From Thermoplasmatota archaeon (GTDB taxonomy: Archaea > Thermoplasmatota > Thermoplasmata > UBA10834), in assembly GCA_040751795.1 (NCBI GenBank), contig JBFMHR010000005.1:1-64000 (forward strand): a stretch of 64,000 nucleotides of DNA, in the 5' to 3' direction. Numbering within the stretch: the stretch's first letter is position 1; every line of letters starts with the position of its first letter. The notes beneath the pieces were generated by a model, which searched no databases, was not told the origin of the DNA, and worked only from the letters and a program-made list of their open reading frames with translations. This document shows positions 57,322-64,000 of the stretch, in pieces. The position numbers and the translations under genes were made by a program.

Positions 57322-58080
57322 TCACGCCGGAGGGCGGCCGATGTTCCTGATCCTGTCCGCGCTCCAGACCATCAGGGAGATCTCCTCCCTGCTGAGTATG
57401 GAGTCGATCCCCTCGTACCTCTCCTTCAGTATCTGGACCGCGCCGGAGTGGACCTCGTCCGGGACCTCCCACTGCTCGGAGAACGTCCTCGCCTCGTAGT
57501 TGTGCAGGAGCGCGCCCACGTCGACCGCCTTCTCCTGGACGGTTATGACCGAGACGGAGTCGGGCTGGATGAGGTCCACGAGCTCCCTCTCCATGGGGCC
57601 CGCGTGCTTCACCTCGAAGCCGAGGTCCTTGCACGTCCCGGCGTACATCCTCCTGATCTCCTCGGCCTCCGACCTCCCCTTGTCCGATACGACGGACAGG
57701 AGGGAGGTCCTCGTCACCCTCCCGACCTCCCTCAGCGCGGAGCGCCAGGCCGGTATGAGGTGGATGAGGTGCACGCTGAGGGCGTAGTCGAAGGAGGCGT
57801 CCCTGAACGGGAGGGCGCACGCGTCGCCCCTCACCAGGCCGGCGACGCCCTTGGACGCCGCCTTCTGGAGCATCAGCCTGGCGACGTCTATCCCCACGAC
57901 CTCGAACCCCCTCCTCTGGAGGGGCATGGCGAACCTGCCGGTGCCGACGCCGTCGTCGAGGACGCTGGCGCAGGGCGCCATCGCCTTCTCGACCGCGTCC
58001 ACGATCTTGGACATGATTGCGTCCGGATAGGAGCGCGTCTCGTCGAACTTGTCCGCGATCCGGTCGAAGGACTTCGCCAT
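57322..58080 (-). CDS. Class I SAM-dependent methyltransferase
   Basis: VLDDGVGTG and GDACALPFRDASFD. Confidence 0.9.
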   Translation of the reverse strand: MAKSFDRIADKFDETRSYPDAIMSKIVDAVEKAMAPCASVLDDGVGTGRFAMPLQRRGFEVVGIDVARLMLQKAASKGVAGLVRGDACALPFRDASFDYALSVHLIHLIPAWRSALREVGRVTRTSLLSVVSDKGRSEAEEIRRMYAGTCKDLGFEVKHAGPMERELVDLIQPDSVSVITVQEKAVDVGALLHNYEARTFSEQWEVPDEVHSGAVQILKERYEGIDSILSREEISLMVWSADRIRNIGRPPA

Positions 58081-58342
58081 CCTGCCTGCCTTCCCGGGTA
58101 CGTCATCCCCCTCCCGGGTAGTTCAATGAATCGCTCAAGGCCGCGGGGGGCGGCGCCTAGCACGTCCGCCGGATTGAAGCGCGTTCGACTGCGCATGGCT
58201 GGCATGCTATTCATCTTCACGGGGCCCAGGACGAGTTCTGGAGATTGCGACGTCCGTCCGTGACGAATAGCCGAAAGTCAACCACACACGATAAATACAT
58301 ATCAGCGCAATATGGGCCAGCAACAGCGACTGGGGGGTTTTC

Positions 58343-58747
58343 ATGGCTACTGAGTTCGAGATTTCTGTCTCGGGTCCGACGAAGAATCTGCTGGACGCGA
58401 TAGGCGTCCTGTCGAGCCAGCTGGTCAACCTGGAGACCGTGGCCACGGCCAAGGTCGAGGACAGGTACGTCGTCCGGTTCCTCACCGGCAACGACGACGA
58501 GTGCAGGGGCGCCTTCATGAAGGCGGACCTGCCCTTCAAGGAGAGGAAGGTCCTCGTGCTGGACGTCTTCAACAGGCCCGGGCAGTGGCTCAGGGCCGCG
58601 AGGTGCCTCACGGACGGCGGCGTGGAGCTCGAGGGGAGCTACCTGCTCGGCCAGAAGAACGACCGGCTCAGGTTCGTCTTCGGCGTCAGCGACTACGAGA
58701 AGGCCAAGAAGATCGTCGGCCAGATCACCGACTGCTCCCTGGACTGA
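58343..58747 (+). CDS. Tandem ACT-domain protein (COG4747-like)
   Basis: Two ACT-like repeats, NRPG motif. Confidence 0.75.
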   Translation: MATEFEISVSGPTKNLLDAIGVLSSQLVNLETVATAKVEDRYVVRFLTGNDDECRGAFMKADLPFKERKVLVLDVFNRPGQWLRAARCLTDGGVELEGSYLLGQKNDRLRFVFGVSDYEKAKKIVGQITDCSLD

Positions 58748-58765
58748 GGCCAGGGGGAGCCGCGC

Positions 58766-58963
58766 GTGTGCGAGTCGTCGGTCTACCTCCTCAGGGGCGG
58801 GGAGAAGGTCCTGGTAATGAAGGAGGCCGGGAGGCTGCAGGTCTCCGGCGATGGCATCGTCTGCGTGAGCGCCATGGGCGAGAGGGTCGAGGTCCCGGGC
58901 GCGGAGATCGCAGACGCGAACCTGATCAGGCACGAGATAGTCCTCAGGCCGAGGGGTGAGTGA
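58766..58963 (+). CDS. cooT: CooT-family nickel chaperone
   Basis: N-terminal MCES (Cys2), about 65 aa, C-terminal RHEI; adjacent to cooC. Confidence 0.85.
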   Translation: MCESSVYLLRGGEKVLVMKEAGRLQVSGDGIVCVSAMGERVEVPGAEIADANLIRHEIVLRPRGE

Positions 58964-59771
58964 GGGCCTGTCCCTGAAGGTGGCCGTCGCCGGGAAGGGG
59001 GGCGTGGGAAAGACCACCGTGGCCGGCTCGCTGGCGAGGGTCTGGGCGGCGGAGGGGCGGAGGGTCCTCGCCGTTGACGCGGACCCGGCCGCGCACCTGC
59101 ACTCGGTGCTGGGCATACCCAGGTCCGCGATGCCGAAGCCGATCTCCGAGGAGCTGGACCTCATCGAGGAGAGGACCGGGGCGCGCCCCGGGGCGGCGCT
59201 CGGCCCGTTCTTCAAGCTCAACCCGCGGGTGGACGACATCCCGGACAGGTACTCGGCGACGGGCCCGGACGGGGTCCGCCTCATCGTCCTCGGGACGATA
59301 AGGGCCGCCGGGTCGGGATGCTTCTGCCCCGAGAACGCCCTGCTCAGGGGCCTCCTGGAGCACATCGTGCTGGAGAGGGACGACGCGGTCGTGGTCGACA
59401 TGGAGGCCGGGCTGGAGCAGTTCGGCCGCTCGACCTGCAGGGGCGTGGACCTCCTGCTCATAGTTGTCGAGCCAGGGAGCAGGTCCGTGGACACGGCGGC
59501 CCGGATGGCCGCGCTCGCAAGTGAGATGGGCGTCCCGAGGACCGCCGTCGTGGGGAACAGGGTGGGACCGGGGGAGGAGGCCGCGCTCAGGGGGCTCCTG
59601 GACGCGCGCTCCCTGGAGCTGGCCTTCTCCTTCCCACGCTCGGAGGCCGTGGCGAGGGCGGACCTCGAGTGCCGCTCCCCGTTCGACCCCCCCGAGGGGG
59701 ACGCCTGGGCCGCGGACGTCGGACGCCTATCGAACGTGGTTTCAAGGTTGGCGGGTGAGGGCGGCGGTTGA
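58956..59771 (+). CDS. cooC: CooC/AcsF nickel-insertion ATPase
   Basis: GKGGVGKTT, DADP, GCFCPEN and DMEAGLE. Confidence 0.92.
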   Translation: MSEGLSLKVAVAGKGGVGKTTVAGSLARVWAAEGRRVLAVDADPAAHLHSVLGIPRSAMPKPISEELDLIEERTGARPGAALGPFFKLNPRVDDIPDRYSATGPDGVRLIVLGTIRAAGSGCFCPENALLRGLLEHIVLERDDAVVVDMEAGLEQFGRSTCRGVDLLLIVVEPGSRSVDTAARMAALASEMGVPRTAVVGNRVGPGEEAALRGLLDARSLELAFSFPRSEAVARADLECRSPFDPPEGDAWAADVGRLSNVVSRLAGEGGG

Positions 59772-60096
59772 AGGGACGTCCCCTCGGTCGGCAGGAGCCG
59801 TACACGCCCGGCAAAGAAAACGTATTAGTAGCAACATCTGCATTCGTCGGATGCCGACAGGAAAGCGGCGACAGACAGCGAGCCAGACATGGATGTGCGT
59901 GGGGTGGAAGGAGACAGGACGGGCATTGGGTGCCCCGGCCGGCCCGAATCGGGCGGAAGGGGCGCCACGGGCGACTCGGGGACGGCGTTCCGCGCTCGCG
60001 GACGCCATCGCAAACCGTGCGAATGACACTGAGTTACTGACAGCCTGACGCGTCCTCGCATCCTTAGGACCCCGCGACTGCAGGAGGGAGGTCCCG

Positions 60097-63000
60097 GTGG
60101 GAGCTGAAACGGAGGACAAGGCCGCCAGGCCCGGGGAAGGGGCCAAGGCGGGCGGGAAGTGGGTCTGCGAGTGCTGGGACCAGAGCTGCCAGAGCATGTT
60201 CACGGAGGTGCACGAGGGCGGCATCGCCACCGTCATGGACCGGGCGCCCGACCAGGGGGCCCAGTGCAGGTTCGGCTCCCTCGGCCTCTGCTGCAGGATA
60301 TGCCTCCAGGGGCCATGCAGGATCAACCCCATGGGCAAGGCGCCCACGACGGGCATCTGCGGCGCCCGGGACTACACCATTGTCGCGAGGTACATAGACC
60401 GAATGATAGCCGGCGGGACGGCGTCCCACTCCGCCCACGGCAAGGAGATCGCCCACGTGCTGATGGGCGTGGCCGAGGGCAGGGTCAGGGACTACAGGGT
60501 CACGGACCAGGCGAAGCTCGAGGCGGTCGCGAAGAAGCTCGGGCTCCAGGCGCAGGGCAAGTCCGCCTCGGCCCTCGCCCTCGAGGTCGCGCGCGTCGCC
60601 ATGGAGGACTACTCCAGGTACGAGGAGCACCCCCTCAGGTTCCTCGCCTCCAGCGTCACCAAGGGGAGGATGCGCACATGGGACTTCAACGCCGTCCTCC
60701 CGTCGAACATCGAGACGGCCATCACCAACGTCCTGCACAGGACCGCCATGGGGGTCGACGCGGACCCTGTCCCGATACTCTTCGGCGGCATCGAGTGCGC
60801 CCTCGCCGACTACACGGGCGCGCAGATCTCGTCAGACCTGAGCGACGCCCTCTTCGGCACCCCCAAGCTGGTGCTGAGCGAGGTCAACCTCGCCGTGCTG
60901 GACAAGGGGAGCATCAACGTCGCGGTCCACGGGCACAACCCCCTCCTCAGCGACCTCATGGTCGACGTAGCGCGTGAGATGGCCGACGTCGCGAAGAAGG
61001 CCGGGGCCGAGCGGTTCAACATCGTGGGCGTCTGCTGCACGGGCAACGAGATACTCATGCGCAAGGGCGTCCCCATCGCGTCGAACGTACTGGCCCAGGA
61101 GCTCGTGCTCCTGAGCGGGCTCCTGGACGCGATGGTCCTGGACTACCAGTGCTTCCTGCCGTCCCTCGCGTCGCTGGCGAAGTGCGTCCACACCAGGATG
61201 ATCACCACCGAGGAGGTCGCGAGGCTCGTCGGCGACACGCACATAGAGGTCGTGCCCGAGAGGGCCAAGGAGGCGGCGAGGGAGATCCTCAGCATGGCCG
61301 CCGAGGCGTTCAAGCGCCGCGGGAAGGTCCAGAGGCTCCCGGACATCAGGCCCAGGAGGACCGTCGCGGGCTTCAGCCTCGAGCAGATGAGGCACCTCTT
61401 CGCGGCCAAGAAGCCGGACGACCCGTTCCAGCACCTGGTGGACAACATACAGAGCGGGAACGTGCGCGGCCTCGTCCTCTTCGCGGGGTGCAAGAGCATG
61501 CGCGCCAAGGACAACGAGGACGTGATCACCATCGCCAGGGAGCTCCTGAAGAAGGACGTCCTCGTCCTCACGACCGGGTGCAACGCCATCGAGCTGGCCC
61601 GGGCGGGCTTCATGGACCCCGCGATGGTCAAGGAGCTCGCGGGCGAGGGGCTGCAGTCGTTCCTGAGCGACCTGGCCAAGGCAGCGAGCGTCAAGGACGG
61701 CCTGCCCTGCGTGTGGCACATAGGCTCCTGCGTCGACAACCCGAGGTACGCGAACCTCGCGACCGAGGTGTCCAACAGGCTCGGGGCCGACATAGACAAG
61801 ATCCCCTTCGTCGCGGCCGCGCCCGAGGCGATGCACGAGAAGGCAGTGTCGATAGGCACGTGGGCCGTCGCCATGGGCTTCCCGGTGCATGTCGGCACGA
61901 TCAACTACCTCTACGGCAGCTCCCTGGTCACCGAGGTCCTCGAGAACACCGCCAGGGACGTCTACGGGGGCTACTTCATATTCGAGACCGACCCCCTTGA
62001 GGCCGCGAAGAGGCTCTACTCCGCCATAGAGTACAGGCGGTGGCGGCTCGACCTCACCGACCCGGAGATGGAGCGCGCGTCGCACTACGACGGCCCCCCG
62101 CAGAAGGTGACCAAGGAGAGGCTCTTCAAGATGGCCGTCGAGGGCTCGATCATCGCCACTGGCTACGCCGACGTCCTCCTCAGCCACGCGCTCAGGAGGC
62201 ACGGCCCGGACAAGAAGGTCGAGTTCCCAGAGACCGGGTACCAGCTCCCGAGCCTCTTCGCCTGGCTGGGCAGGGACTGCACCCGCCTCGGGGACCTCCC
62301 CGCGCTCCTGGGCGAGGCCCGCTCCAAGATAGTCGAGGAGCCGACCTTCGAGGCGGCCGTCGCCTCGGGCGAGGCGACCATGATCGCCGCGGAGATAGTC
62401 GAGGCGCTGAAGTACATCGACAACCCGGCGCCGTACGAGGGCACCATGTACTGCGGCTTCGTGCCCGACAGGGTGCTCCGCCAGCTGGGCATAGCCTTCG
62501 TCGACGACACCATCCCGGGTGCGGCCGTGTTCGTCGGCAGGGCGAGCGACACCAAGAAGCTCGCCGCGATGATCCGCGACTGCCAGAACAAGGGCATGCT
62601 CATCATCGCCACATACGACATCATCAAGCAGCTCAAGGACGAGAACGTCGCCATGGGCCTGGACAGGATGCTCTACCCCGTGGGGGAGTTCACCCAGGCC
62701 ATCCACGGCCTGAACTTCGCCATCAGGGCGGCCCTCTCGTTCGGCGGCGTCCAGAAGGGCGACAGGCAGGGGCTCATCAACTACCTCTCGAAGAGGCCCA
62801 AGGTGTTCGTCCTCCAGCTCGGCCCGCTCGACCACATCAAGGTCGCAGCGGAGTTCGCGGTGATGTTCAACGGCTCCCCGACCATAACCGACCAGGACGT
62901 CGAGGCCATCCCCGACAAGTACGTCGTGCAGAAGAACATGGAGGAGATGATCTCCACCGCGATAGAGGTCAGGGGATGCAGGATCAAGCTCGGGGCGGTC

Positions 63001-64000
63001 GACCTGCCCGTCGCGTACGGGCCGGCGTTCGAGGGCGAGACCATCCGCCGGCCGGACATGCACGTCGAGGCGGGCGGCCCGTCGAAGACCATCGCCTTCG
63101 AGCTCCTGAGGATGAGGCCGGCCGAGGAGGTCCAGGACGGCAAGGTCAACTTCATAGGCAAGGACGTGGACGAGCTCCCCGAGGGCTCGTCGACGCACCT
63201 CGGCATCCTGGTGAAGGTGTACGGCAAGAACATGCAGAAGGACTTCGAGTCGGTCCTGGAGCGCAGGATACACCAGTTCGCCAACTTCGCCGAGGGCTTC
63301 TGGCACACAGGCCAGAGGAACCTCCTCTGGGTCCGCCTGAGCAAGAGCTCCGTGAAGGCGGGGCTGAGGCTGAGGCACATAGGCGACATCCTGATCACCA
63401 AGATGAAGCAGGAGTTCGGGGCGATAGTGACCAAGATCGAGGTCACGGTGGTCACGGACGAGGCGGAGCTGAGGAAGCACCTGGACGAGGCGAGGGAGGC
63501 CTACGCCGAGAGGGACGCGAGGATAGCGGACCTCACGGACGAGAAGGTCGACACCTTCTACACCTGCACCCTGTGCCAGACCTTCGCCCCCGGCCACGTG
63601 TGCATAGTGACGCCCGAGCGCCTGGGCCTCTGCGGCGCCATCAACTGGCTCGACGCGAAGGCGTCCTTCCAGATCGCCCCGACGGGCCCGAACAACCCCG
63701 TGCAGAAGAGGGAGACGATCGACGAGGTCAAGGGGCAGTGGGCGGGGGTGAACGAGGCCGTGGCGGCCAAGACCCAGGGGAGGTTGCAGAAGTTCAGCGC
63801 CTACACGATGGTCGAGGACCCGATGACCTCGTGCGGCTGCTTCGAGTGCATCGTTGCCGTGTCGCCTGACCTGCAGGGCGTGGTCGTGGTCAACAGGGAG
63901 TACGCGGGCATGACGCCCCTGGGGATGACCTTCTCGACGCTCGCCGGCTCGGTCGGCGGCGGCATCCAGACGCCCGGGTTCATAGGCGTCGGGAGGAGGT
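60097..64000 (+). CDS. acsA-acsB: Fused CO dehydrogenase (CooS/AcsA)-acetyl-CoA synthase (AcsB), partial, continues past the window end
   Basis: GTG after GGAGGGAGG; no stop read in frame. CODH motifs: CRFGSLGLCCRICLQGPC..GICG, HSAH, HGHN, CCTGN, DYQC, AGC, TGC, GSC and EKA. ACS motifs: FPETGYQLP, GFVPD..LR.LG...VD.TIPG, CTLCQTFAPGHVC..PERLGLCGA and PMTSCGCFE. Confidence 0.93.
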   Translation, partial: MGAETEDKAARPGEGAKAGGKWVCECWDQSCQSMFTEVHEGGIATVMDRAPDQGAQCRFGSLGLCCRICLQGPCRINPMGKAPTTGICGARDYTIVARYIDRMIAGGTASHSAHGKEIAHVLMGVAEGRVRDYRVTDQAKLEAVAKKLGLQAQGKSASALALEVARVAMEDYSRYEEHPLRFLASSVTKGRMRTWDFNAVLPSNIETAITNVLHRTAMGVDADPVPILFGGIECALADYTGAQISSDLSDALFGTPKLVLSEVNLAVLDKGSINVAVHGHNPLLSDLMVDVAREMADVAKKAGAERFNIVGVCCTGNEILMRKGVPIASNVLAQELVLLSGLLDAMVLDYQCFLPSLASLAKCVHTRMITTEEVARLVGDTHIEVVPERAKEAAREILSMAAEAFKRRGKVQRLPDIRPRRTVAGFSLEQMRHLFAAKKPDDPFQHLVDNIQSGNVRGLVLFAGCKSMRAKDNEDVITIARELLKKDVLVLTTGCNAIELARAGFMDPAMVKELAGEGLQSFLSDLAKAASVKDGLPCVWHIGSCVDNPRYANLATEVSNRLGADIDKIPFVAAAPEAMHEKAVSIGTWAVAMGFPVHVGTINYLYGSSLVTEVLENTARDVYGGYFIFETDPLEAAKRLYSAIEYRRWRLDLTDPEMERASHYDGPPQKVTKERLFKMAVEGSIIATGYADVLLSHALRRHGPDKKVEFPETGYQLPSLFAWLGRDCTRLGDLPALLGEARSKIVEEPTFEAAVASGEATMIAAEIVEALKYIDNPAPYEGTMYCGFVPDRVLRQLGIAFVDDTIPGAAVFVGRASDTKKLAAMIRDCQNKGMLIIATYDIIKQLKDENVAMGLDRMLYPVGEFTQAIHGLNFAIRAALSFGGVQKGDRQGLINYLSKRPKVFVLQLGPLDHIKVAAEFAVMFNGSPTITDQDVEAIPDKYVVQKNMEEMISTAIEVRGCRIKLGAVDLPVAYGPAFEGETIRRPDMHVEAGGPSKTIAFELLRMRPAEEVQDGKVNFIGKDVDELPEGSSTHLGILVKVYGKNMQKDFESVLERRIHQFANFAEGFWHTGQRNLLWVRLSKSSVKAGLRLRHIGDILITKMKQEFGAIVTKIEVTVVTDEAELRKHLDEAREAYAERDARIADLTDEKVDTFYTCTLCQTFAPGHVCIVTPERLGLCGAINWLDAKASFQIAPTGPNNPVQKRETIDEVKGQWAGVNEAVAAKTQGRLQKFSAYTMVEDPMTSCGCFECIVAVSPDLQGVVVVNREYAGMTPLGMTFSTLAGSVGGGIQTPGFIGVGRR

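Noticed and set aside
62068-62070. Internal ATG as the start of a separate acsB gene
   Set aside because: No upstream stop terminates the CODH, and the GGAG abuts the ATG with no SD spacing. Internal initiation is not fully excluded.
60832-63597. 921-aa minus-strand ORF (and 62040..63869 on the plus strand)
   Set aside because: Antisense or off-frame shadows of the CODH/ACS gene in high-GC DNA; no motifs.

Overview
This is a high-GC archaeal chromosomal window. Archaeal markers are Rpo6/RpoK, archaeal uS2, RPA with its associated protein, a SelB-like factor, a PEF-CTERM protein and BRE/TATA promoters. A Thermoplasmatota-like anaerobe is my inference. The window encodes a peptide-scavenging and fermentation toolkit: two tandem giant pyrolysin-like S8 proteases, M28 and clostripain peptidases, a class III aminotransferase, IorAB and LeuCD-like subunits. 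It also holds FtsZ, a DtxR-feoB iron module with a clear operator, a long Fe-S/'Orange protein'-like metallocluster operon with several tiny Zn-ribbon genes, a stand-alone ccmF divergent from a CX3CH surface cytochrome candidate, an HTH plus nucleotidyltransferase pair between rps2 and MEMO1, and two tRNAs. The main finding is absent from the ORF track because it runs off the window end. After ACT-cooT-cooC, one uninterrupted reading frame (60097 to >64000) fuses a bacterial-type CO dehydrogenase (CooS/AcsA) to a bacterial-type acetyl-CoA synthase (AcsB), with all metal-cluster ligands intact. Several genes appear to use CTG or ACG starts. I found no CRISPR array, rRNA, transposase or integrase.
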